Source of the DNA: an uncultured Methanoregulaceae archaeon
GTDB lineage: Archaea; Halobacteriota; Methanomicrobia; Methanomicrobiales; Methanospirillaceae
NCBI GenBank assembly: GCA_963701095.1
Contig: OY969564.1
Coordinates: 1,760,001-1,824,000 of the forward strand
DNA length: 64,000 nt
Direction of reading: 5' to 3'
Shown here: one piece after another, positions 51,565-62,228 of the stretch
Layout: each line of letters opens with the position of its first letter
Numbering within the stretch: position 1 is the stretch's first letter
The notes under the pieces: generated by a model
What the model was told of the DNA's origin: nothing
The model's database searches: none
What the model saw: the letters and a program-made list of their open reading frames with translations, nothing else
Made by a program: the position numbers and the translations under genes

Positions 51565-53688
51565 TCAGTACGCCTCCATTTTAATCTCGTCGATGTGGAG
51601 AGTGACATAAACCGGCCTCTCTATCTGATTATAAATATTATATCTATAGTAATGGGACAGGGGATTAGTGGCGCTGTCGGGGATGATAAGATTGTTACTA
51701 CAGGCAACCCTGACCGTATCGAAAAAAGTCTCATTTAAAGCATCTACAGTCGCATTCCCGAAAGGTTCTTGATCTGATCCAAATGAAATCTGAGTAACCG
51801 GGTAGAGATTAGGTATTGTTGTTATATTAGAGGTAAGCTTGAGCGTACCATACCCGTTGCTGCTGACAAACGAATGTTCGGGAGATGCGGTGATATTAAC
51901 TGCCCAGAGATCGAGGTTGGAACAAGACCCGCTGATAGGGGAATACGACGTGGGCAGATGTATGGGCTTTGGCAACAACCCTTCAGAATACGTGAAATTG
52001 TCGGCTGGTGACGTCTTGGATGTGCCGCTGAGAGTGGTTACGGTGACATCAACAGCATCTACGGGTCCGGATGAATCCGCTGGCGGGCTGACTACGGTTA
52101 TTGAAGTATCGCTGTTTACCGTTATGTTGCCGGTACTATTCGGGATTGTGCCGAATTTAACATTGTTTGCTCCGGTAAAACCAAATCCGGTGATAGTTAC
52201 TGACGTTCCGCCAGCAAGCGGACCGGCTGTCGGTGAGACACCAGTGACAGTCGGGACCGACGTATATGTGAACTGATCCGCCGGAGGATTTGGCAAGGAT
52301 GTGCCACCGGGAGTGGTCACAGTAACATCACCAGATACTCCATTCGGGCCCGGGCTGTATACTGTGATTGAAGTATCACTGTTAACCGTCATTGCACCGG
52401 TGGCATTCGCAATACCGCCAAACTCAACACAATTCGCTCCGGTAAAGCCAACCCCGGTGATGATTACCTGGGTCCCACCAGCGAGTGGACCCACGTTAGG
52501 TGAGATGCTGGTAACTACCATCACCGGTGTTTTTGCATACGTGAACTGATCAGCTGGCGGATTCGGCAAGGATGTGCCACTTGGAGTGGTCACAATAACA
52601 TCGACCGGGGCAGTTTGACCGCCCTGCGGGCTGTATACTGTGATTGAAGTATCGCTGTTAACCGTAAACGAAGGTGCCGGATAGCCAGAGCCAAACTCTA
52701 CCCTCGTCGCACCGGTAAATCCGGACCCGGTGATGGTTACTGACATGTTACCAGCGAGTGGACCGGCTGTCGGTGAAACACCGGTAACAATCGGGACTTG
52801 TGTATATGTGAACTGGTCGGCTGGCGGATTCAGAAATGATGTGTTGCCTGGATAAGGAGTAGTCACAGTAATATCAACAAGTCCGGTTTCGTTATCGGAC
52901 GGGCTAACCGCGGTGATTGAATTATCTCCGTTGACTGTAAACGCAATTGCCGGTATGGACCCAAACGTTACATTGGTCGCTCCAGTAAAGCCAACACCGG
53001 TGATGATAACAGGAGTCCCACCAGCGGGTGGACCGGCTATCGGTGAAATGCTGGTGACAACAGGTTGCTCCGAGGAGGTTGTTGGATAAACCGGGATCTC
53101 AGTTTGGTTTGGCATATAGTCAACACTCGCGAATGACTTGGCAAATAGTGCAAGCGATCCCGATTCGGTCGCGTTGGTAACGTTGTCCATAGTGTCGTAT
53201 GACAGAGGTGTGATAAGTGTACCGTATTTGGTCACGTTGATATAGCCATATTGCCACTGGTATCCCTGGTCCTGCCAGAAATTACCCACAGGTTCATACG
53301 AGAAATTGATTAGAGTTCCATTTTCCTCAATTGGTGTCGTCCCGTAAAAGAAGGAGATATTGTAGATAGTACTCTGACTCACTCTCGTCTGGTTACGATC
53401 CTGGACGACATCCAGTGTCCCGCTTGATTTAATTGGATTAAACAGAATATCCCCGCCACCAAGCTGGACTGGTTCACTAAATGCGAGATGATTCTGGTGA
53501 GATGATGCTGCGTTATCGATATCCGAAGAAAAATGCTCGAACGCAGTTTCCACATTTTGGATATGCTCTATCTCCGAGGATTCTTTCATTGACGGGATGT
53601 AGATCGCATTCCAGATCGAATAAAAAGTAACAATTGCTGCAAGGATCAACATCACGGCGATGACCGGGGCAATCGCATCGTCCTTCAT
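51565..53688 (-). CDS. Large pilin-like protein with four IPT/TIG repeats
   Basis: DA|IAPVIAVMLIL signal; four P.VT.ISP..GP.AGG..V.ITG.GFTGA...FTY repeats. Confidence 0.85.
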   Translation of the reverse strand: MKDDAIAPVIAVMLILAAIVTFYSIWNAIYIPSMKESSEIEHIQNVETAFEHFSSDIDNAASSHQNHLAFSEPVQLGGGDILFNPIKSSGTLDVVQDRNQTRVSQSTIYNISFFYGTTPIEENGTLINFSYEPVGNFWQDQGYQWQYGYINVTKYGTLITPLSYDTMDNVTNATESGSLALFAKSFASVDYMPNQTEIPVYPTTSSEQPVVTSISPIAGPPAGGTPVIITGVGFTGATNVTFGSIPAIAFTVNGDNSITAVSPSDNETGLVDITVTTPYPGNTSFLNPPADQFTYTQVPIVTGVSPTAGPLAGNMSVTITGSGFTGATRVEFGSGYPAPSFTVNSDTSITVYSPQGGQTAPVDVIVTTPSGTSLPNPPADQFTYAKTPVMVVTSISPNVGPLAGGTQVIITGVGFTGANCVEFGGIANATGAMTVNSDTSITVYSPGPNGVSGDVTVTTPGGTSLPNPPADQFTYTSVPTVTGVSPTAGPLAGGTSVTITGFGFTGANNVKFGTIPNSTGNITVNSDTSITVVSPPADSSGPVDAVDVTVTTLSGTSKTSPADNFTYSEGLLPKPIHLPTSYSPISGSCSNLDLWAVNITASPEHSFVSSNGYGTLKLTSNITTIPNLYPVTQISFGSDQEPFGNATVDALNETFFDTVRVACSNNLIIPDSATNPLSHYYRYNIYNQIERPVYVTLHIDEIKMEAY
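51988..53064 (-). repeat. Four tandem ~265-bp IPT/TIG coding repeats
   Basis: Recurrent DNA such as GGACCGGCTGTCGGTGA and GTGATTGAAGTATC; boundaries approximate. Confidence 0.8.
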
Positions 53689-54134
53689 GGCTGGTCCTCG
53701 CTGACCACACCGGAGAAGAGCACTGCGCTTTCCGTGGAAAGGGTGATTTTTTCATCCCCGTAAAGCGGTGCTCCGGCATTGATGGTGATATTACCGCCTA
53801 GATCGAAGACTGAACTATTGGGTTCAGCGGGATCGGGCACAAAATAAAAAGGTGGGTTCCCGTTTAATGTATATGTTGACTGGTTGGTCTGGTTTGAGAC
53901 GATCACCTTCAGCGTGTTGATCTCTACCCAGTCGCCCCCTTTGTGCCAGAACGTTACATTTCCGGTGGTATCGTTGGTCATCATGATAGTTACGGTCGGA
54001 CTGCGTTCAGAAGGGAGATAATTCGAGAGCTGGGAAGTAAATACCGCGACGAGGATCAGTACAACTCCTATCATGAGCATTTCTCCAACTACTTCCGAGA
54101 CTGCCTCATTCCTGCTATTGTTTTTTTGTCGCAT
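53685..54134 (-). CDS. Archaeal type IV pilin
   Basis: EA|VSEVVGEMLMI, HKGGD. Confidence 0.9.
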   Translation of the reverse strand: MRQKNNSRNEAVSEVVGEMLMIGVVLILVAVFTSQLSNYLPSERSPTVTIMMTNDTTGNVTFWHKGGDWVEINTLKVIVSNQTNQSTYTLNGNPPFYFVPDPAEPNSSVFDLGGNITINAGAPLYGDEKITLSTESAVLFSGVVSEDQP

Positions 54135-54143
54135 GCTCCTCCA

Positions 54144-55975
54144 TTACACCACGAAGATGAACATTGCCACCGCTGCCGCGAGAAGGACCATGCTGTGCTT
54201 GAACCCGGCAAGGATGCTGTTTGAGCTGAACTGGCCGGCCATAATGCCGGAGAAGAGACCGAGTATGATACCGATGTCAAACATCTCCGTCACGTTTCCT
54301 GCGATATTATAGTTAAGGTTGAAAGAAGAGAAACTCGCCATGAAGGGTCCATTGAGCTGGTATGCGGTATAGAGAAAGATCCCAAAAGAGAGGTAGATGA
54401 TCATGACGTACACGATGGCGGTATTGGTCCGTTCGCTCCTGAGCTTCAGGTAGTGTTCGAAATCGGTGATGGCGATGACGAAAATATCCCTAAGATTTGA
54501 TGTGATCTCGCTTGCCTTCACTAACAGTGAGATAGCCCGTTTGACCGAGACAAGGCCAATCCGTTCTTCCATGCGCACCAATGCAGCGTTGATATACGCT
54601 CCCGTACTGACCTCCCGTGATACTGTGGCAAGTTCCGAACTCAACAAGCCCAGTTTTGCATTGGAAATGCGGTGAATTGCGTCAGGGAGCGTAATGCCAA
54701 TTTCAATCATATCAGAGAGCTCACGGAGGAACTCGGGGATATTGGCCTCCACATTGTCGACATACCACCGCCGTCCTTCGTAGGCTATAGAGACAGGTGC
54801 CATGAACCCGACAAGGATAAGGCAGATCCCACCTTCAAATGCATTCTTCGGGAAAAGGAAACCAACCCCTCCGGATATAAGAAGTAAAGCAAAAAGCCCG
54901 GCACAGATAGTCCCGGCAATCAGTCCGTAGTTATAATTGGTAATATACGTGCGGAACGGATGACGAAGCATATTGTAAATTCTGCGTTCTTTTCTTTTCG
55001 CTTCAAGGGACTTGTAAAATGACGCCTCCTCTTTGAACGGGTAATTTTCGACGGTCACCCCAGAGCTAAGCCCGGTATCCTCCATCTCTCTCCGGCTTAT
55101 CTCAAGATTTTCCGGGGGCAGCATGATAGAGAGCATCCAGATCATGATGATGGCACCGACCGGGATCACCAGGTACATAAAAGGGAGGAGCCAGCCCATT
55201 GCCGATTGGCTTGTCATACCCTGCGCAACGATCATGATTATAAGAGCAATCGGACCGGCAACAAATGCTGAAACATAGACCTCTGCCATGATCTCGATGG
55301 TCTTGAGTAACAGATCCAGTTCTCTTTTTGCCTGTTCGTGGAAGAACACGGTTTTTGAGGAGAGGTATGCAGTGATATCGCCACCGCTTTCGTAAACCAC
55401 ACCCAGATCGTTAATGAAATCACGGAATAGAGGTGAAGGTGTTGTTTTCTGGACGTTGCGCAGTGCAGTTATCAGGTCGTCGCCGAAGAGCTCCACGTCC
55501 CGGACCACCTGGCCAAACTCGAGCGAGACCTCGCCAAACATCGATTTTTCCTCGTAAATCCTTTTTATCACTTCGAATGGCGACATCGTGGTAGAAAGGG
55601 CCTGCATGTAGGAGACTGCATAGGGCAGATCGAGATCGATCTTTGTTTTTCTCCCTTGTGCCAGTAACACCGGGTAATAGACTTGGAAGAGATAGACGCC
55701 CGGTACGCATATCGCAAATAAAAAGAGCCAGAACAACAACGGCGGGATCAGCGTAAATAATCCGAAATCATATCCTGTGATTTGAACGAATGCAAAGAAC
55801 CCGAAGAATAAGGCAATAGATGCAGCTGAGTTAATCCGTGTTGTGCGCAGGTATTGTTCTGCAGTGTAGGGAAGATGGGCTGAACGGAGATCCTTCTTGA
55901 GGTTCGTCCCGAGAACCACGAGCTCAAACCGCTCAAATGATGCCCCAGCGATCTCATACTTGAGTTAACGGTCAT
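54144..55975 (-). CDS. Type IV pilus membrane platform protein (T2SS-F/TadC/ArlJ-like; frameshift near 55960)
   Basis: Two GspF domains (DLPYAVSYM, TTPS, IPEFLREL). Confidence 0.88.
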
Positions 55976-55976
55976 C

Positions 55977-58058
55977 TCAATCCCCGAGATCCTGGATCGC
56001 GTTCGCCAGATCGATTATATCCGGATGCGGGGCGTCGATGGCCATGTTCAGGAATTCTTCTCTCCTCTTAAGCTCAATTGCCACCTGTTCCATTGACCAG
56101 TTTCTCATAGAGGCAATTTCTTTAAGTACCCGCGACGGCGCCTCTGTTTTACTGAACCGGTTGTTGCCGATATCCCATTCATAGAGTTTCACCGGTATGA
56201 TGATTCCCTGATCGTCAACCGATATTTCGTGAATTGCAGAACAGCGCCGTAACCGGATACTGCCGAAGGAATAGACAGCCTGGTTCACGACAAGATCGAG
56301 AGCGGTAAACATAACAGACGGGACGTTGATCGGCTCATGGGTGAGCCGGTTGATGGCTTCCTGGACACTCCCGGCATGGAGGGTTGAAAGCGTCGCATGG
56401 CCGGTATTCATCGCCTGGAACAGTGTCTGGGCTTCCTTACCGCGGACTTCCCCGACAATAATAAACTCCGGCCGCTGACGCATGGACGATTTCAGGAGCG
56501 AGAAAAGATCGACGTCTCCTTGAACCCCCGGTGTATTCAGTTCCCTTGTTTGTGTGGCAAGCCAGTTCTTGTGGGGGAGCTGGATTTCGCGGGTATCTTC
56601 CAGAGACACAATTTTTGAGTTCAGTGGGATAAACAGAGAAATCGCGTTCATTGTCGAGGTTTTTCCGCTTGCCGTTCCCCCGGCAATAATCAGGCTTTTC
56701 CTGTGCTCGATAACCAGCCAGAGGAAGGCAAGGATCTCGCTGTTGTACGTCTCGAACTTGATAAGATCGAGTGGTGTCATAGGATCTGCACGGAATTTAC
56801 GGACGGTAAATGAACTGCCGTTGGTGGATATGACATTGCTGTACGTGATCTGAACCCGCGAACCGTCGGGGAGTGCTGCGTCCACCATCGGGGTTGAAAG
56901 TGAGATCTGTTTGTTGGCTTTCTGGGCGAGTTTTAAGACGAACTGGTTGAGCTCGCCTCTCCGGAAGATGACACTTGTCCGGAGGCTGCCGAAAACTCGG
57001 TGAAAGACAAAGACCGGCATGTTTTCACCGTTGCAGCTGATGTCTTCAAGAGCCGGGTCGTGCATAAGTGGTTCAAGCAGACCGAATCCTGAAAGGTCAC
57101 GTTGAAGGTAATAATTGAGTATCGGTAGCCGATCCGGACTTATTGTGGGATCATTCTCCAGAAGAATACGGTACACATTTTTGGCTTTAAGCAGATCAAC
57201 AGGAGATTTTTCCGGATTGTCAAAAATGATCACCTCACGAAGGTAGTTGTAGGTTTCCTGAAGGACAATTTTCTCCCTGGCGGTAATTACCGGTTCGACT
57301 ACCGTGTAGACTAAACCCAGGTTTCCCTGTCGAATGATTTTAATATATACAAAGGGAGACTGGACCCAGTACACATTCAGGCAACTGCCACCCGGTTTTT
57401 CGCAGAGCTCCGGAGACTCTGGAATGGGATCAACGTCGGTGGGTCTCGGCACAAACTTTGGGATGTCATTTTCATCTGGCAAGAGAATTGCCATTTGGCC
57501 GGGGGCAAACCTGGATACCGCTCCGAGGCAGACAGTTCCAAATGCGGCAATCGAAAGAATGCCAGAGGGCACGAGAATGGCGATTGGCACATTGACGAAA
57601 AACGCGATATATGCGGTAGCGATACCCACTAGACAACAGGCAAGAATTAATGAATCTCCCCGGTCAGTCCGGTTCCCCAACGACCGGGTCATCCTGAGAT
57701 ACGGTTCAAAAAATTCATGAGCTGATTGTTTGTTATCGGGTTTTGCAGTAAGGTTCTTGTTCGGGGTAAGGACCGGAAACGATGCGCTATCCATTGATGC
57801 ACTAAGTACCGGAGAAAAGCGGGCCCGGGCCCCGATAATAAAGAGAATCAATGCGACAAGAGAGATGACTGACAGGATCCCCATCAAAGGAATAGGCATA
57901 TCGATGAAAAGGACGACGATGCCAGTAACCACAGCCACGACCGCCATGGTCAGGAGCAGGAACGTTCCCTTTAACGAACGGCCGGAAAGAGCAGAAATGG
58001 TTTTCTGGTAGTAGTTTCCGGGTCTACCGGCGAATGGCCCCCTAAAAATCTCCGTCAT
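55977..58058 (-). CDS. Type IV pilus assembly ATPase (PilB/ArlI-like) with N-terminal TM segments
   Basis: GGTASGKT, EDTREI, RQRPE..IVGEVRG, TGH. Confidence 0.92.
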   Translation of the reverse strand: MTEIFRGPFAGRPGNYYQKTISALSGRSLKGTFLLLTMAVVAVVTGIVVLFIDMPIPLMGILSVISLVALILFIIGARARFSPVLSASMDSASFPVLTPNKNLTAKPDNKQSAHEFFEPYLRMTRSLGNRTDRGDSLILACCLVGIATAYIAFFVNVPIAILVPSGILSIAAFGTVCLGAVSRFAPGQMAILLPDENDIPKFVPRPTDVDPIPESPELCEKPGGSCLNVYWVQSPFVYIKIIRQGNLGLVYTVVEPVITAREKIVLQETYNYLREVIIFDNPEKSPVDLLKAKNVYRILLENDPTISPDRLPILNYYLQRDLSGFGLLEPLMHDPALEDISCNGENMPVFVFHRVFGSLRTSVIFRRGELNQFVLKLAQKANKQISLSTPMVDAALPDGSRVQITYSNVISTNGSSFTVRKFRADPMTPLDLIKFETYNSEILAFLWLVIEHRKSLIIAGGTASGKTSTMNAISLFIPLNSKIVSLEDTREIQLPHKNWLATQTRELNTPGVQGDVDLFSLLKSSMRQRPEFIIVGEVRGKEAQTLFQAMNTGHATLSTLHAGSVQEAINRLTHEPINVPSVMFTALDLVVNQAVYSFGSIRLRRCSAIHEISVDDQGIIIPVKLYEWDIGNNRFSKTEAPSRVLKEIASMRNWSMEQVAIELKRREEFLNMAIDAPHPDIIDLANAIQDLGD

Positions 58059-58445
58059 AGCAGCCCGTCCTGTTGGTTATTTCGTACAGATTGAAAGGTA
58101 GTCTAAATGCCCTGGTCATCCCGGAACCGGAATGGATATCCTTATGCCCCGTCTGCACGATGGTATCATAAGGAAGAGAATATTTGTTGTTGTACGGGAT
58201 ATTGTTTATGCTTTTCATTTTATCTAAATAATAAATAAACGTCTTTTGTTTATCAAAATCAAGAATACAAATTCTCACCTATTACTTTTTCTAGGCGAAT
58301 TCACATGCTGATCCATTTTATGAACCATATGATGTGGGGTTGATTGCTGGTTTTTCGGAACAAAACGGAAGAAAATAATCATCTCTAAAAAGGGACGAAT
58401 TGGAAGCGATTTATTAAATATCAACGAGGTATAACCGGAAACCCT

Positions 58446-58709
58446 ATGAGTGATCTTCTCCTTGCAGTCGTTTTTATCATCGTTATCCTGGTCATCGCAT
58501 ACTATGTAATAAAAAATTTATCGGTCCTTTTGATCAATGCCATTCTCGGTCTCATCTGTTTGTTCATTCTCAACACGCTCAATGTCATGCAATGGGTAGG
58601 TAAACCTGAACTTGGGTACGGCCTTGCAACGATCCTTATCGCCGGAATTGGGGGATTACCTGGCGTGTTTATCCTTATCCTGCTCAATTTGTTCGGTATT
58701 ACCGTATAA
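58446..58709 (+). CDS. BofA-like small membrane protein
   Basis: NAILGL..L..LN...GIGGLPGV pattern. Confidence 0.75.
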   Translation: MSDLLLAVVFIIVILVIAYYVIKNLSVLLINAILGLICLFILNTLNVMQWVGKPELGYGLATILIAGIGGLPGVFILILLNLFGITV

Positions 58710-58785
58710 AAAATGCAAAAAGGGCCTAGGGAACGGATCCCCGGGAGGTTTACCGGATCATTTAGGGATAGGTGACAGTGGCGTA

Positions 58786-59484
58786 TTAGAAAACGTTTGC
58801 TTCAGAATATACCGTTACCTGCGTCTGTTCGATTTCATAGGGTTTGATTTCCCGTGAATGAGACGACATTCTCATTTTCACAACTTCAAGGGCGAGGTGA
58901 ACATCCGTGAGATCGCTTGAATGCACATAACGGAGCAGGATCACGGTATCGGCAAGATATTCGATCAGACCGTGCCGGCTGGAGAAAGCGTTGTCGCTGT
59001 TAGTTTCGGAGGTCATCATCATTGTGCATTCCTTATCCCGCAGCCCTTCGATGAACCGGAACATCTCACGGCGTCGCTCAGAATCGCTGCCAAAAAGATC
59101 CTCAAAAAGGGAGATCGGGTCGATTACGACCCGGCTTGCATCGATCTCGCTGATAAGGTTCGGGAGTTCATTTTTGATACGGTTGTTTGCCAGGTTAAAA
59201 TCGGTCGGATCGAGCTTGATGATATAGAGGGATTTGTTCAGGAACGGCTCAACATCCCAGCCTTTCTGTGTCATGTAAAGGATAAGCCTGTCTTCTCGTT
59301 CCTCAAGACTGATATAGATTACCCGCTCTCCCCGCTTGAGTCCCTCCCAGATAAAATCGAGGGAAAAGGTCGTTTTCCCCGTACCGTACGTCCCGATAAC
59401 TGCACAAATACTTCCGGCAAGCAGTCCGCCACCCAGCATATCGTCAAGTCCGGAGATCCCCATCTTCACACGTTCCCCGTTCAT
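58786..59484 (-). CDS. KaiC/RAD55-like ATPase
   Basis: GISGLD.MLGGG, GTYGTGKT, ISLEE, VKMR. Confidence 0.88.
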   Translation of the reverse strand: MNGERVKMGISGLDDMLGGGLLAGSICAVIGTYGTGKTTFSLDFIWEGLKRGERVIYISLEEREDRLILYMTQKGWDVEPFLNKSLYIIKLDPTDFNLANNRIKNELPNLISEIDASRVVIDPISLFEDLFGSDSERRREMFRFIEGLRDKECTMMMTSETNSDNAFSSRHGLIEYLADTVILLRYVHSSDLTDVHLALEVVKMRMSSHSREIKPYEIEQTQVTVYSEANVF

Positions 59485-60307
59485 ATTACCATCCTGATAT
59501 TGCTTACCTCAAATCCACCGGTCGTAGATATCCTGACTGCAAACTTGACGAGATCCTGCTCCTCGAGGTATGGCATGACACCCCTGAATTTCTCAAAGAA
59601 CATGACCCGCTGGCGCCGTGAGCCGGTGCTCTCTTCCCACCGAAAAAGAAAGACTGCATCGGCGATGTCGGCAAGTTCAATTTCGTTGGCTGCATCAATG
59701 ACACCCCTGCTGAGCAGGAGGAAAATGGTGAGATCCCTCGTTTTCGAGAGTCGCTGGAGGCCCCGGAGAAAGGCAGTCAGGTCAGCCCAGAGATTGGGAA
59801 GGGCCTTCTGGGTGGCAATATCGGTGATCGAATCAAGGACGATCATGCTCTCCGGTTCTGCCGCGGCAAAAATCTCTGCAAGCCTCATGAAAAGATTCGC
59901 ATGTTCAGATCGTTTCTGAAGCCGGGTCAACGTGTTGCTATGGCTGTACCAGGAATCCGGTACAATACTACGATCAAAATAGAGATCTGAAAGATCCTCA
60001 AAGATGATGCCCTCCATCTCGCTATTCATTTCATCGGTGCGAAAAGATTGAACAATTTCTTGGCGGACATCAGCCTCGAGCGGGTGAAAGTGATATACAG
60101 GATTTTCTTGGGGGTAAATGTGCTGGTATCCTTTGATTGTTTCATTGCTGAAAGGATGTTTACCGTCGAACTGTAGACAAATTCATAGTGTCCGGCGCCC
60201 AAATCCCCGAGAAGGAGTGTCAGGGTACCCTGCGGGATACCCCCGCCAAGGATGGGATCGAGCGATGCGATCCCCGTGGGCATCCTGGTTTTCTGTGTAT
60301 TCTGCAT
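59481..60307 (-). CDS. KaiC/RAD55-like protein with degenerate Walker A (frameshift near 60075)
   Basis: PTGIASLD.ILGGG, GDLGAGHY, LDS, EKFRG. Confidence 0.8.
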
Positions 60308-60516
60308 CTGGCACTCCGTCTATCCGTTGAATTATATTGTTTTAAAATCTCTGGGGATAACTATAAAGATATCTGTCCCTGAACGACGGATTTCTTCAAT
60401 CAAAAAAATCGTATACGTCATGGATTATAGCCCGTTCTTGGAAAATACTATTTATATAAGTATCTGCCGAACTATTAACGAAGAAGAGAAATGCACCTTT
60501 CATAAGGAGCAGGTTT

Positions 60517-62228
60517 ATGCAGATTTCAGATTTTTTTCAAGGATTTAAAGAGTACCTGTCCCGGATAGGGGTTGCACGGAGAAATGCAGATATTGAACAT
60601 TTGCATGCGGGAAGCGACAGTCCCCCGCCAAGTGCACCAAAGATACGCGAGGCCAGCTACCGTTACTATTTTCAATTCTTTAATAAACAGCAGAAAAACC
60701 AGATCGAGGAGTACGATTTTGCAAAGCATGGACCGCTCGTAAAGGCCGGGCTGCCGCAGGGGTACGACCTGCTCGATCAGTACTGGATAGAAGAGGGATT
60801 GACGCTGGTGTTCATAGCCCTCAACCGGAAAACGAACCAGACTGAATACCTCCTTTTTGAACCCCCCCTCTCGGATTTCGAGTATGAGCTTCTCGAGCGT
60901 CTCCATGAGGATCTTCTTGATGTTCTTATTTTGTCATCGGACGAGATTAAAAAAGACCGAAAAAAGATCCTGCTTACAAAAGTGCACGGTCTTCTGGAAG
61001 ACTACGGGCTTGTCCTGGACCTGAATACACTTTTCAAGATAGAATATTATCTTCTCAGGAATTTTATCGGCTGGTCACGTATCGATCCCCTGATGAAAGA
61101 TCCCCATCTTGAAGATATTTCCTGTGACGGAAGCAGAATCCCGATATTCCTGTACCACCGGGAACACCGGAACATCAAAACAAACATTGCATTTGAAGCC
61201 GATGTCCTCAATTCTCTTGCTATCACTCTCGCCCAGCGTTCTGGTAAGCATATCTCGACCGGTTCACCGATGCTGGATGCCACGTTGCCCGACGGATCGC
61301 GGCTCCAGCTGACCCTTGGGACGGAGGTTACGACAAGGGGCACATCGTTTACCATCAGGAAATTCCGTGAAGATCCGTTTTCACCTATAGAGCTGATGGA
61401 ATATGGTACATTTTCGAGCGACGAGCTCGTATATTTCTGGCTTGCTATTGAAAACGGTATGAGCCTGCTCTTTATCGGGGGAACTGCATCCGGGAAGACC
61501 ACATCCCTGAATGCAGTTTCACTTTTTATCCCTCCTATTGCAAAGGTTGTCAGTATCGAAGATACCCGGGAAATCACGCTTTACCATGATAACTGGATTG
61601 CCAGTGTTACCCGGGAAGCACTCACCGAAGGTGGCAATGCTATCAATATGTTTGATCTCCTCAGGGCTGCGATGCGTCAGCGGCCGGAATACATTATTGT
61701 CGGGGAAGTCCGGGTCCGGAGGCGCAGACACTCTTCCAGGCGATGAATACCGGCCACACAACGTTCTCTACGATGCATGCAGGAAGCATCGACGCAGCAA
61801 TTCACCGGTTGGAAAATGCGCCCCTAAATGTGCCTCGCAATATGGTCCAGGCTTTAAACATCATCAGTGTCCAGGCACTCATTTACCGCGGAAACGAACG
61901 TGTCCGAAGAGTGCAGGAAGTTGTTGAAATCGTCGGTATCGATCCGGCCACCGGGAACCTCAAGGTTAACAATGTCTTCGAGTACGATCCCGTCAATGAT
62001 ATTACAAAATATACCGGCAGATCGCAGATTTATAGCACAATTTCAGAGAAACGCGGATGGACCAGAGCCCAGCTTGAAACAGAGATAGCCGTGAGAAAAA
62101 GCCTGCTTGACGCGATGCACACACAGGGAATCCGGGACTATATCTCGGTTGCCTCCCTCTTCCACGACTATAATATAAACCGTGCAGCAGTGCTTGCGCA
62201 CACAGATGATCTCAGACAGGTACTGTGA
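60517..62228 (+). CDS. Second type IV pilus assembly ATPase (frameshift in G-run near 61713)
   Basis: GGTASGKT, RQRPE; adding one G restores GEVRGPEAQTLFQAMNTGH. Confidence 0.9.

Noticed and set aside
51988..53064. Possible CRISPR array or DGR template/variable repeats
   Set aside because: Repeats are ~265-bp in-frame IPT/TIG domains; there are no spacers, cas genes or reverse transcriptase in the window.
58921..59919. 332-aa plus-strand ORF and similar long antisense ORFs (e.g. 295-879, 901-1578, 14145-14826)
   Set aside because: They are shadows of well-supported genes on the opposite strand and have no recognisable motifs.
58786..60307. Circadian clock genes
   Set aside because: Single-domain KaiC/RAD55-like proteins without kaiA or kaiB; association with archaeal type IV pili is already known.
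26776..62228. Programmed frameshifting, phase variation or mass pseudogenisation
   Set aside because: Breaks are scattered one-base indels in unrelated genes, with no accompanying in-frame stops seen; sequencing error is the simpler explanation.
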